Both the position numbers and the translations under genes were made by a program. Shown piece after piece: positions 20,638 to 30,774 of a DNA stretch of 58,546 nt (the stretch's first letter is position 1; the number at the start of each line of letters is the position of its first letter). A model generated the notes under the pieces. It had not been told where the DNA came from and searched no databases. It saw nothing but the letters and a program-made list of their open reading frames with translations. Origin of the DNA: Limnothrix sp. (lineage in GTDB: Bacteria; Cyanobacteriota; Cyanobacteriia; Cyanobacteriales; MRBY01); assembly GCA_049644465.1 (NCBI GenBank), contig JBARRZ010000041.1, positions 1 to 58,546 on the forward strand, given 5' to 3'.

Positions 20638-20675
20638 CAAAAGTTTTCCCATAATGTAGCTTGGGAAAACTTTTG
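20638..20675 (-). terminator. Hairpin 3' of the porin gene (terminator or stabiliser)
   Basis: Perfect 14-bp stem CAAAAGTTTTCCCA / TGGGAAAACTTTTG, 10-nt loop. Confidence 0.65.
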
Positions 20676-20694
20676 TTTGGATTTCTAGCCTTGC

Positions 20695-22419
20695 TTAAAA
20701 ACTAAAAGTTGTTCTGATTGCACCGATAGTAATGGTGTCGTTAGCATCATTGTGCAAAGGATTAAACACGAAAATCACACCGGGTGTAATGGCAATATTG
20801 TCACTCACATTAAAGCGATAAAACGCTTCTAAATGAGTTGCAGTATCTGGTTGTCCACCTTCTGTAGCGTTGGGATTTCCCCCATTAACAAAAGAAGGAA
20901 CATTGAGGCCATTAGGGAGATTACTCGATGTGATTTTTGGTGGTTGCCCAAAGAACAGACCGCCCAAGTTGCCGTCTCCACCAAGGTCTGGGAACGTTAG
21001 ATAGGTCATCCAGTTCCAAGTCTCAACATCACCACTGCCAGCTTCGTATTCAGAAGTGGTGTACCCGACCCAGCCACCGAGGTTCAGCTTTTGGGCAGCT
21101 CGCCAATCGACAGCCAGACCGAAAGCGTTGGTGTTAATGGGGGCACGACCTGTACCAAAGTTGGGAATAGCGACACGATCGTCACCAATACCTGTTGGCG
21201 TTGGATTGCCAGAAAGCGTACCCCAAGGGGAATAGGCATTCATGTATTGCAGTGATAAATCAAAGCTGCTGCTGGGAGAAACGACTAATTGTGTACCTAG
21301 GGTGGTGGAACCAAAATCGCCGCCAAATAAACCACCGAAGTCAGAATTGTTTGCAAAGTTAGTGGAGTATAGGGCTTGTAGGCTGAGACGATTGGCGATT
21401 TGCCAGTCTAAACCAAGGCCACTACCGCTACCGCCCATGTTGATAATGGGGTTGCGTTGAGCAAAGCTAGAGAGGGGGCCATAACCTGCGCTCTGGACGC
21501 GGTTGGAACCACGGAAAATGTTGGTTGCGCTGATGCCTTCTGTTCCAACGATGAGAGCCAGTTTGTCGGAAACGAGTTGACGGTAGGTGAGGTCACTGAT
21601 CCGAATATCGTTACCGCTGTCGGCTTCGTAACCGAGACCAACGAAGGGTTGTAAAATCCGGTTGCTAGGTGTCGTGCTGCCGCTACCTGCGCTAAGACCT
21701 GTGAGCAGGATACTTCTAGGGCTGAACTGGGTAAACAGACTGAGTTGGGTGTTTGTGATGAGGTTGACTTGGTCGTCTTGGTTGTTGAGGCGATCGCGGA
21801 AAAATGTGTAATCGTTATCATTACGACCTTGAATGCCAATAACAGTTTGACCAAAGAGTTTGGTTGTGGCTGAAAATTGGTTATCTTCTAGTTCACCAAG
21901 GCGACCATCGAGATCGTCTACTGTTGCGCCAAGGGTGGCTAGCTCGGTTTCGAATTCGTTTACGAGGCGACTAAGGCTGCGGAGGTCTTCGCTACCGACT
22001 TCGCCAGTGCCATCGACGATGAGACGGTTAATTTGTTCGATACAAGCGTTTAAACCGGCGGCAAATTCGTAACGGCTGAGGGGGCGATCGCCGCGAAAAG
22101 TTCCGTCTGGATAACCGGCAATGCAGTTATAACGTTCAACAAGATTACGGAGCGAATCGAATGCCCAATCCGAAGGCGCTACATCCCTGAGCTGAAACAC
22201 ATTATTAATCTGCGCCAAAGAAGTTGTGTCTACCGCTTCTGGACTTTCAGACAATGTTGTTTCTGTCGCAATCGGCGCAAAATTCGCTGCATTGGCGATC
22301 GCCTCCAGTTGAGCCACAGTTGGTTCAGCCTCTGCTTGGGCCATTTCTCCAGTCATCACAGCCGTTATCGCAACAGCCAAAACCACTAACGGTGACGCGA
22401 GCCAAAATTTAAAATTCAT
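20695..22419 (-). CDS. Cyanobacterial SLH-domain porin (OprB / iron-uptake-porin / Som family)
   Basis: SLH: QLRDVAPSDWAFDSLRNLVERYNCIAGYPDGTFRG..SRYEFAAGLN; QFSATTKL; C-terminal HLEAFYRF..ITPG..IRTTFSF. Confidence 0.95.
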   Translation of the reverse strand: MNFKFWLASPLVVLAVAITAVMTGEMAQAEAEPTVAQLEAIANAANFAPIATETTLSESPEAVDTTSLAQINNVFQLRDVAPSDWAFDSLRNLVERYNCIAGYPDGTFRGDRPLSRYEFAAGLNACIEQINRLIVDGTGEVGSEDLRSLSRLVNEFETELATLGATVDDLDGRLGELEDNQFSATTKLFGQTVIGIQGRNDNDYTFFRDRLNNQDDQVNLITNTQLSLFTQFSPRSILLTGLSAGSGSTTPSNRILQPFVGLGYEADSGNDIRISDLTYRQLVSDKLALIVGTEGISATNIFRGSNRVQSAGYGPLSSFAQRNPIINMGGSGSGLGLDWQIANRLSLQALYSTNFANNSDFGGLFGGDFGSTTLGTQLVVSPSSSFDLSLQYMNAYSPWGTLSGNPTPTGIGDDRVAIPNFGTGRAPINTNAFGLAVDWRAAQKLNLGGWVGYTTSEYEAGSGDVETWNWMTYLTFPDLGGDGNLGGLFFGQPPKITSSNLPNGLNVPSFVNGGNPNATEGGQPDTATHLEAFYRFNVSDNIAITPGVIFVFNPLHNDANDTITIGAIRTTFSF

Positions 22420-22430
22420 ACGAGTTAATA

Positions 22431-22441
22431 CCTCTCACACC
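22431..22441 (-). promoter_or_regulatory. Putative Yfr1 sRNA seed site in the porin ribosome-binding region
   Basis: mRNA reads GGUGUGAGAGG 11 nt before AUG; GUGUGAG is complementary to the conserved Yfr1 motif ACUCCUCACAC. Confidence 0.55.
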
Positions 22442-22623
22442 AAAACTTGAACACTATAATCTTTTATTTACGCTAGAGAGACGCAGACAACACTAAAAAA
22501 GTTCAATTCATATCGAAAATCAATAATTTTGCCGTTGTTTAATCTCTTCTTGTTATGTTATGCCCACAAATAGTCAGGATCTCTCCACCCTTTATCAAGA
22601 TTCACGATTACGAGCCTTGAAAG

Positions 22624-23142
22624 ATGACACAGCACAATTTCAACAAATACGGTCTCAGTAAAATTGCAGCAATCCTCTCTTGTTTCACCTTGCTGACAAG
22701 TTGTGGTCGCGCTTTGTTTTACCAACCGCAAATTGCCACTGGAGGCATCAATAGCAATTTTGCAGAAGAATTTCCCAGTTACAGCAGCGATGGTCGTTAT
22801 CTCACCTTTGCCTCAGAGCGAGACGGACGCCGTAGTATTTATCTTTACGATCTACAAGACAATCAATTAGTGAGTTTGCCAAACCTCAATCGCCGCGACT
22901 CTAGTCAAGATCAGCCTGCTCTCAGTGCCGATGGCCAATTTTTAGCTTACGTTTCAACAGAGCGCGGTAAGCCCGATATTTTTGTTTACGATCGCCAATC
23001 TCAACGCGCCCAATTGTTGACGGCTAATCTCAAAGGCTCGGTACAACATCCGACGATTCGCGGTGATGGTGGCCAAGTGACATTCCAGAGTAATGAGCAA
23101 GGGCAATGGAATTTAATGCTGGTCGATGTTGCTGCAAATTAA
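22624..23142 (+). CDS. TolB-like (PD40 repeat) lipoprotein
   Basis: Lipobox LTSC; repeats PSYSSDGRYLTFASER, PALSADGQFLAYVS and PTIRGDGGQVTFQS. Confidence 0.85.
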   Translation: MTQHNFNKYGLSKIAAILSCFTLLTSCGRALFYQPQIATGGINSNFAEEFPSYSSDGRYLTFASERDGRRSIYLYDLQDNQLVSLPNLNRRDSSQDQPALSADGQFLAYVSTERGKPDIFVYDRQSQRAQLLTANLKGSVQHPTIRGDGGQVTFQSNEQGQWNLMLVDVAAN

Positions 23143-23245
23143 AGTGGAATTGAAGCAGTTTAGGCTTAGCTATTTTTTGCCGTATTTCTGGAGTTGCCTG
23201 AGAATAGAGAAGGTAATAATCGTATTCTGAAGAGATTGTCACTTT

Positions 23246-25186
23246 ATGGCTTGGCGCAAGGCAAAACGGATTTGGCGAAATAATCAAGATAATCTGCTGC
23301 TGGCGATCGCCCTAGTTCTGCTCACAGCCGGCGTGCTGGAATTACGAAGACAAGGCCGCTTTGAGCAACTAGAATTACAAGCCTACAACCGTATTTCTCG
23401 CCAACAACCCGAATTGCCGTCCGATGATCGCATCGTTTTAGTCGAGATCAGCGAAGAAGATTTACGCAAGCAGGAAAAATGGCCGTTCCCCGATGACATT
23501 TATGCCCAAGCCCTAGAAAATATTCAAAAAGGCGACCCCGCTGTTATTGGCCTTGATGTTTATCGAGATTTCCCCGTAGAGCCGGGTTATGAGCAACTCG
23601 TTGAACAGCTTCAACAACCAAACATTGTGGCTATCCGCAATCTCAATACTTTTACGGGGACACCCGCGCCACCCGCGATCAATCCAGAGCAAATTGGATT
23701 TAACGATTTCACGCTAGATCCAGATGGTGTGATGCGGCAGTCTGTGCTGTATGCTCTCGGTTCGGATGGGATAAGTTTGCCTTCTTTTGCGCTCAATCTT
23801 GCGATGTTTTATCTCTCTGATCAAGAAGATATTTTCCCTAAAGCGAGTGACATCGATCCGCAGTACTTGCAATTAGGCCAAAGTACTTTTTTCCCGCTAG
23901 TCCCGAATAGTGGTGGTTATCAAAAAATCGATACTGCGGGCTACCAAATTTTGTTTCAGTATCGCGATCGCCACCACATCGACCAAACATTATCTTTTAC
24001 AGATGTCTTTGCTGGGGACTTTGACCCGAATTTGCTTAAAGATAAAATTGTCCTCATCGGCAGTACTGCGCCGAGTTTGAAGGACGAATTTGTGACGCCA
24101 TTTACCCGTGCGGCGAATGGTCAGCCGATGGACGGGGTAGCGGTGCATGGACAAATTGTGAGCTATATTCTCGACTCGGCAATGGGCGATCGCCGTCAGT
24201 TTCGTTTTTGGCGTGAGTGGCAAGAAACGCTTTGGGTGTTGGGTTGGTTAGCGGCTGGGGCGACAGTGGGTTGGGTGTTTCGTCATCCGGTGATTATTGC
24301 GGGTGGTTTTTTGCTGGGGGTTTGTGGCCTTTGGGGGGCTGGCTTTTTCTTGCTGGGCAATTTTGTTTGGATTCCTGTCGCCGCACCGATAATTGGTTTT
24401 TTGTTGGCGATGGGTTTGGTGATTGTGTATCAGTCTTATCAAGATTTCCGTCAGCAAAAAATGGTGATGAGATTATTGGGGCAAAATGCTTCACCGGCGA
24501 TCGCCAATGCTCTGTGGGAAGAACGTTCAACCTTGTTAACGTCCGGGCATTTGGCGGGTAGCTCACTAACCGCAACGATGTTATTTCTCGACGTGCGGGG
24601 CTTTAGTACAATTTCCGAAACCATGGCCCCAGAACAGTTGCTGGTTTGGCTCAACGAATTGCTGGAAGTGGTGACCCACGAGGTACAAGAACGCAACGGC
24701 ATCGTCAACAAATTCACTGGAGATGGGATTATTGCCATTTTTGGTGTGCCCGTACCGCGCGAGACAGAAGCAGAAATTGCGGCTGATGCCCAAGCTTGTG
24801 TTGCGGCAGCGACGGCGATCGCCAAACGTTTAGATGATGTCAACGAAACCTATCGCAGCCAAGAATTACCCACAATTAAATTACGTATTGGCATTTTTAC
24901 CGGAGAAATTGTGGCAGGCAGCCTCGGCGGTCGAGACCGGATGGAGTACGGCGTGATTGGCGATAGTGTCAATACAGCGTCACGGCTAGAATCTTGTGCT
25001 AAAGAACGGCAACCTGTCGATTGTCGAATCCTCTTATCCCGTAGTACTCACGACTATTTAGGCGATCGCTTTACCTTCGAACATTGGGGGCCGATGCCGC
25101 TCAAGGGCAAAGCCCAAGTCATTGATGTTTTTCGGGTACGGACGCCTCAAGAAGAAGAAAAAAATGATTTAATTGAGGCCAGCTGA
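23246..25186 (+). CDS. CHASE2-domain class III adenylate/guanylate cyclase
   Basis: CHASE2: DDRIVLVEISEED..WP.PD, VIGLDVYRD, DPDGVMR, KIVLIG, GVAVHGQ. Three TM helices. Cyclase: LFLDVRGFS, NKFTGDG, EYGVIGDSVNTASRLES. Confidence 0.93.
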   Translation: MAWRKAKRIWRNNQDNLLLAIALVLLTAGVLELRRQGRFEQLELQAYNRISRQQPELPSDDRIVLVEISEEDLRKQEKWPFPDDIYAQALENIQKGDPAVIGLDVYRDFPVEPGYEQLVEQLQQPNIVAIRNLNTFTGTPAPPAINPEQIGFNDFTLDPDGVMRQSVLYALGSDGISLPSFALNLAMFYLSDQEDIFPKASDIDPQYLQLGQSTFFPLVPNSGGYQKIDTAGYQILFQYRDRHHIDQTLSFTDVFAGDFDPNLLKDKIVLIGSTAPSLKDEFVTPFTRAANGQPMDGVAVHGQIVSYILDSAMGDRRQFRFWREWQETLWVLGWLAAGATVGWVFRHPVIIAGGFLLGVCGLWGAGFFLLGNFVWIPVAAPIIGFLLAMGLVIVYQSYQDFRQQKMVMRLLGQNASPAIANALWEERSTLLTSGHLAGSSLTATMLFLDVRGFSTISETMAPEQLLVWLNELLEVVTHEVQERNGIVNKFTGDGIIAIFGVPVPRETEAEIAADAQACVAAATAIAKRLDDVNETYRSQELPTIKLRIGIFTGEIVAGSLGGRDRMEYGVIGDSVNTASRLESCAKERQPVDCRILLSRSTHDYLGDRFTFEHWGPMPLKGKAQVIDVFRVRTPQEEEKNDLIEAS

Positions 25187-25615
25187 ACCCCGTTGTAACC
25201 GTGTTTGGATCGAGCTTAGGCGATCGCGCGCTTTTTCGAGAGAATGGGGAATTGGCACATTCACGTTTGGCCAAGTGTCTAAATCTGCGCAAGGGCAACC
25301 GATTTCTAAGCCAATGTTGTCAATGGGGACAGGCATCGCACAACGAGCGCAAGACGAAATATCCCAGCGGCCAGACAAGAGTGATTCGATAGTGTGATCG
25401 GTGCCTTCTAGATAAGCATCTCGATTTTGGGGTTGCAATAATTCTTGCCAACAAGCTTCAAACGCGGCGGAATAGCGATCGCCCACCACTACAGGATTCG
25501 GTAAAATTTGGCGATCGCCACTGGGCAAAATTACAGGTTTACCAACCTGAAACCAATACGCCAGATATTCTTTGACTTGCTCAGTAATCGTTACCGCATC
25601 ATGGTCAAGGTTCAT
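25169..25615 (-). CDS. Conserved cyanobacterial hypothetical protein with CxxC and CxC cysteines
   Basis: VKEYLAYWFQ.GK, YS.AFE.CW, YLEGT..TI..LL...W....CARC.MP, CPC.DL..WPN; start set at MNLDH. Confidence 0.75.
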   Translation of the reverse strand: MNLDHDAVTITEQVKEYLAYWFQVGKPVILPSGDRQILPNPVVVGDRYSAAFEACWQELLQPQNRDAYLEGTDHTIESLLSGRWDISSCARCAMPVPIDNIGLEIGCPCADLDTWPNVNVPIPHSLEKARDRLSSIQTRLQRGSAGLN

Positions 25616-25660
25616 AAAGTATTCGTTTGGTTTGAGCTTAGGTTTGTAACCATCCCATAG

Positions 25661-26830
<1,170 letters not shown>

Positions 26831-26857
26831 TTGTTCTTGCCAAGATTGTTGTCGGAT

Positions 26858-27463
26858 TTAGCGGTAGGACAGAGCCAGATCGTTTAAATCTTGTACGGCA
26901 AACCCTTCGCCGATCGCCTTCATTTGCCAGCCGTTTGCTTCGAGGCTTAATTCTGCCATCAATAGACCATTGCTGCCTTGATAGGTGTCGCCGGAGAGTT
27001 TGTAGTAGGCAATTTCTCGATTTGTTTTGATGTCAACGAGCCGTACAAAAGCATTGCGAACGCTGCCAAAATCTTGGTTGCGTTCTTTACCGTTATAGAT
27101 ATTCACCACAAATAATAGTGTGGTCAGTTTCGCTGGCACTTTGTCTAGATCAACGATAATTTGCTCGTCATCGCCATCGCCTTTGCCAGTGAGGTTGTCG
27201 CCTTGGTGGGCGATCGCCCCAGAATTATGAGTGAGGTTACCGTAGTACACCAAATCCTTGTTGTTTTTCAGCTTGCCACGGCTGTCCAAACAAAGCACCG
27301 ACGAATCGAGATCGACCGTTGTACTGGGTTTAAGGAAGCTAAACAAATTTTTGCGAGCGGAAGTAGTCGCCATATCCCAGCCCAGACCCATCATGACTTT
27401 GGTCAATCCGGGGGCTTCTTTTTTGAGGGAAATGCTGCTGCCTTTTTTGAGTTGAATAGCCAT
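26858..27463 (-). CDS. TerD/TerZ-family stress protein
   Basis: LKKG..ISL.K, MGLGWD, DLDSS, GDNLTGKGDGDDEQI.VDL, W.MKAIG. Confidence 0.92.
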   Translation of the reverse strand: MAIQLKKGSSISLKKEAPGLTKVMMGLGWDMATTSARKNLFSFLKPSTTVDLDSSVLCLDSRGKLKNNKDLVYYGNLTHNSGAIAHQGDNLTGKGDGDDEQIIVDLDKVPAKLTTLLFVVNIYNGKERNQDFGSVRNAFVRLVDIKTNREIAYYKLSGDTYQGSNGLLMAELSLEANGWQMKAIGEGFAVQDLNDLALSYR

Positions 27464-27494
27464 AAGTTTTGTTGAGAAAATAACAATTGTTCAC

Positions 27495-29111
27495 TTAGTT
27501 TGCGCCGGAACCAATCGGGGCGATCGCCGAAAGTTTTAGATGCGGATGGTCTCCTGTAATCTGATTGAGATTCCATTCATTTTTAAGCAATAAAACCGGA
27601 CGATCCCACGAATCTTTTACCACCATAGTATTAAAAATCTTGCCCGCTTTCTCGACAGCATCCCAACCGTTCAGTACCCACCGCGCCACACTGTAGCCCA
27701 TCGGTTCGAGACGACTGTCTACACCATATTCACTCTGCAAACGATGTTGCACCACCTCAAACTGCAATTGTCCCACTGCCGCCAAAATCGGGTCTCGCTT
27801 AAACTCATCCGCCGAATACATAATCTGTACCGCTCCTTCCTCTTGCAGCTCTTTAATGCCTTTTTGAAACTGCTTAAACTTAGACGGGTTCGGATTTTTG
27901 AGATAAGCAAATAGCTCTGGTGAAAAACAAGGAATCCCTTCGTACTCTAGCTTTTTGCCGTTATAAATCGTGTCGCCAATTGCAAACACACCCGGATTAT
28001 TTAGACCAATCACATCGCCCGCGTAAGCTTCTTCTAATGATTCACGGCCTTGCGCAAATAATTTTTGAGGCCGAGAAAGCCGAACTGTTTTGCCCGTTCT
28101 CGCATGGCTAACAGTCATATCTTTCTCAAATTTGCCAGTACAAACCCGCACAAAAGCGACCCGGTCACGGTGTTTCGGATCCATGTTCGCTTGGAGCTTA
28201 AAAACAAACCCAGTGAACTCAGGATAGGTCGGTTCCAAATCCCCAAGACTAGACGCGCGAGGTTCAGGCTTGAGAGCGTATTCAAGGAAAGCATCAAGAA
28301 AAAGCTGCACACCAAAATTCGTCATGGCACTACCGAAAAAGATCGGCGTTTGTTTACCAGCATGAACCGCTTCGATGTCAAACTCTGCCCCAATTTCGTC
28401 GAGAATTTCTAATTCTTCTTGGAATTGATCGTAAAGTTCCGGTTCAATCAGCTCTTTTAAAACGGGATCATCAAGAGCATAAACGGTATCAGTAGCGGCT
28501 TTTGTACCGTGAGCAGTCCGTTGGAAGAGATGAACTTTTCCCCCACGACGGTCATAAACACCTTGGAAGCGATCGCCCATACCGATGGGCCAATTTACCG
28601 CATAGGTTTCCAGACCCAGTTCTTGCTCAATCTCATCAATCAATTCCAACGGTTCCCGACCGGGACGATCCATCTTGTTGATAAACGTAAAAATTGGCAG
28701 CGATCGCAGCTTACAAACTTCAAATAATTTCCGCGTTTGCGTCTCCAGACCCTTCGCCCCATCCACCAACATCACCGCATTATCCGCAGCAGCGAGAGTC
28801 CGGTAAGTATCTTCACTAAAATCTTGGTGACCCGGCGTATCCAGCAAATTAATCTGATAACCCGAATAAATAAATTGCAGCACTGTCGAAGTGATCGAAA
28901 TGCCTCGCTGTTGCTCCATTTCCATCCAGTCGGACGTGACTTTACGCTGTTCTCGTCGAGCTTTTACTGCCCCAGCTTCGTGGATCGCGCCTCCATAGAG
29001 CAGTAATTTTTCAGTGAGAGTCGTTTTACCCGCGTCGGGGTGAGAAATAATCGCGAAGTTGCGTCGCACTCGGACGGCGTCTTCGATTTCTGTGAGCAAT
29101 TCTGTCGCCAT
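27495..29111 (-). CDS. prfC: Peptide chain release factor 3
   Basis: [63 protein letters not shown]. Confidence 0.98.
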   Translation of the reverse strand: MATELLTEIEDAVRVRRNFAIISHPDAGKTTLTEKLLLYGGAIHEAGAVKARREQRKVTSDWMEMEQQRGISITSTVLQFIYSGYQINLLDTPGHQDFSEDTYRTLAAADNAVMLVDGAKGLETQTRKLFEVCKLRSLPIFTFINKMDRPGREPLELIDEIEQELGLETYAVNWPIGMGDRFQGVYDRRGGKVHLFQRTAHGTKAATDTVYALDDPVLKELIEPELYDQFQEELEILDEIGAEFDIEAVHAGKQTPIFFGSAMTNFGVQLFLDAFLEYALKPEPRASSLGDLEPTYPEFTGFVFKLQANMDPKHRDRVAFVRVCTGKFEKDMTVSHARTGKTVRLSRPQKLFAQGRESLEEAYAGDVIGLNNPGVFAIGDTIYNGKKLEYEGIPCFSPELFAYLKNPNPSKFKQFQKGIKELQEEGAVQIMYSADEFKRDPILAAVGQLQFEVVQHRLQSEYGVDSRLEPMGYSVARWVLNGWDAVEKAGKIFNTMVVKDSWDRPVLLLKNEWNLNQITGDHPHLKLSAIAPIGSGAN

Positions 29112-29329
29112 GAATGTTGGGGAGCGTTAAGTAATAATTCTGCGTGAGTAGACTAACTTCTATTGTACTTCCTCGTTTCCCTCCATTGGCGACGCTGGCA
29201 TTGAGCGCCAAAAAGGGTCATCCGATAGAGGCTACTTTAAACCTTTTGCTAGAGTTTATCTTCCTAGTAAACAAGCTAAACTACGATGGTTTATTCACTA
29301 AGCAATTATTAATTTTAGGAGAAAATTTT

Positions 29330-29725
29330 ATGCTGGAACTTGTCCAAATGCTCACGGACCGCCTCGGTGTTTCTGAAAAACAAGCAAAAGGGGGTTCCGG
29401 TCTATTGTTGAAGTTAGCAAAAGAAAGATTAGATGACCAGGCTTTTCAAAGGGTTGCTGCGGTTGTTCCCGCTGTTGAAATGCTACTTTCTGAGGCGCCA
29501 GAAGATGAAGGTGTTGCTGGTTTAGTTGGGGATTTAGCGTCGGCTTTTACTGGTAAAGATTCGAATATTAGTCGCCTCGGTACGATCGCCAGTATTGCGG
29601 GTGGTTTCAGCAAGTTAGGCATGAATGCGGAAATGATTAGTAAGTTCGTTCCTATTGTTTTGTCGTTTGTTCAAGATCGAGGGGATGATGACACCAAACG
29701 CACTCTTGAAGATGCAATTAAGTAA
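29330..29725 (+). CDS. DUF2780/VcgC-like protein
   Basis: L...LGVSEKQAKGGSG.LL..AK; FSKLGM..EMISKFVPIVL; AGGAG RBS before ATG at 29330. Confidence 0.75.
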   Translation: MLELVQMLTDRLGVSEKQAKGGSGLLLKLAKERLDDQAFQRVAAVVPAVEMLLSEAPEDEGVAGLVGDLASAFTGKDSNISRLGTIASIAGGFSKLGMNAEMISKFVPIVLSFVQDRGDDDTKRTLEDAIK

Positions 29726-29857
29726 AAGATCAATTTAGATTTGATCGGCAGGCGATCGCCCGACTAAAAGCTAAAGTTATTGATGTTGAATTTGTCGAAA
29801 AGTTTCAATTAAAAAATACTTTTTGGCCTTCTATAAATTAGGTAGATAATTTTAGTT

Positions 29858-30676
29858 TTATTGCTTCAAGTGGGCTTTTGCTTGCTGCCAAAGTTGATCA
29901 AGGTCGTCGGGAGAATATTCAGAGAGCTGATCTCCCGCAAATTTTTCCATCATTGTGATCCGCTGTACCATGCGTGCGTTTGTTCCGTGTAACGCTTCGC
30001 TCGGATCCAAACCGTACCAGCGAGCTAAATTCACAACTGTAAATAATAAATCGCCTAATTCTGCTTCTTGATGTGCCCGATCTTCTGTGGCCAAAGCTTC
30101 ACGAAACTCGCCTAATTCTTCATCGAATTTCCCCCAAACTTGATCAATATTTTCCCATTCAAATCCTGCTGAAGCAGCTTTTTTCGACATTTTCATGCTG
30201 GCTGTCAATGGTGGCAAAGTGCTGTTATAACGATTAAGTTTACGGCTTAGTTTTTTCACGTCTGCGGGAGTTTCTCCTTTCTCCTCGGCTTTGATGGCAT
30301 CCCAATTTTGGCGTACAGCTTCGACGGTTTCGACTTCGATTTCACCAAAAACGTGAGGGTGACGGCGGACTAATTTTTCGCTAATATTTTCCGCCACTGC
30401 TTGTAAATTAAAGTGGCCGTATTCATCGGCAATTTGTGCTTGCAAAACCACTTGTAAGAGTAAATCTCCTAATTCTTCAGCGATCGCCTCTTGGTCTTCA
30501 CTACGTAGTGCATGAACAACTTCGTAGGCTTCCTCAATCACGTAGGGAATCAGGGTTTGGGGCGTTTGTTCGAGATCCCATGGGCAACCACCATCAGGCG
30601 ATCGCAACTGAGCGACAATTTCAATTAGACGTTGCAGTGCTTGTAAAATTCCTGCTGTGGATTGCTGATTGCTCAT
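29858..30676 (-). CDS. mazG: Nucleoside triphosphate pyrophosphohydrolase
   Basis: LRSPDGGCPWD, EEAYEV, EELGDLLLQV, KLVRRHPHVF, second ELGDLLF repeat. Confidence 0.95.
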   Translation of the reverse strand: MSNQQSTAGILQALQRLIEIVAQLRSPDGGCPWDLEQTPQTLIPYVIEEAYEVVHALRSEDQEAIAEELGDLLLQVVLQAQIADEYGHFNLQAVAENISEKLVRRHPHVFGEIEVETVEAVRQNWDAIKAEEKGETPADVKKLSRKLNRYNSTLPPLTASMKMSKKAASAGFEWENIDQVWGKFDEELGEFREALATEDRAHQEAELGDLLFTVVNLARWYGLDPSEALHGTNARMVQRITMMEKFAGDQLSEYSPDDLDQLWQQAKAHLKQ

Positions 30677-30774
30677 GATCTTTTGCCTAAATACCAAATT
30701 TTAATTAATAAAAAAGGCAACGTTACCACTGCCCAAAAATACAAAAATCCAAACCATTATTTAACGAATAATCT

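Noticed and set aside
26858..27463. Tellurite-resistance (ter) island
   Set aside because: Single TerD-family gene among housekeeping genes, with no terABC
29858..30676. MazG as an anti-phage or toxin-antitoxin component
   Set aside because: Canonical two-domain housekeeping MazG; no mazEF or defence genes adjacent
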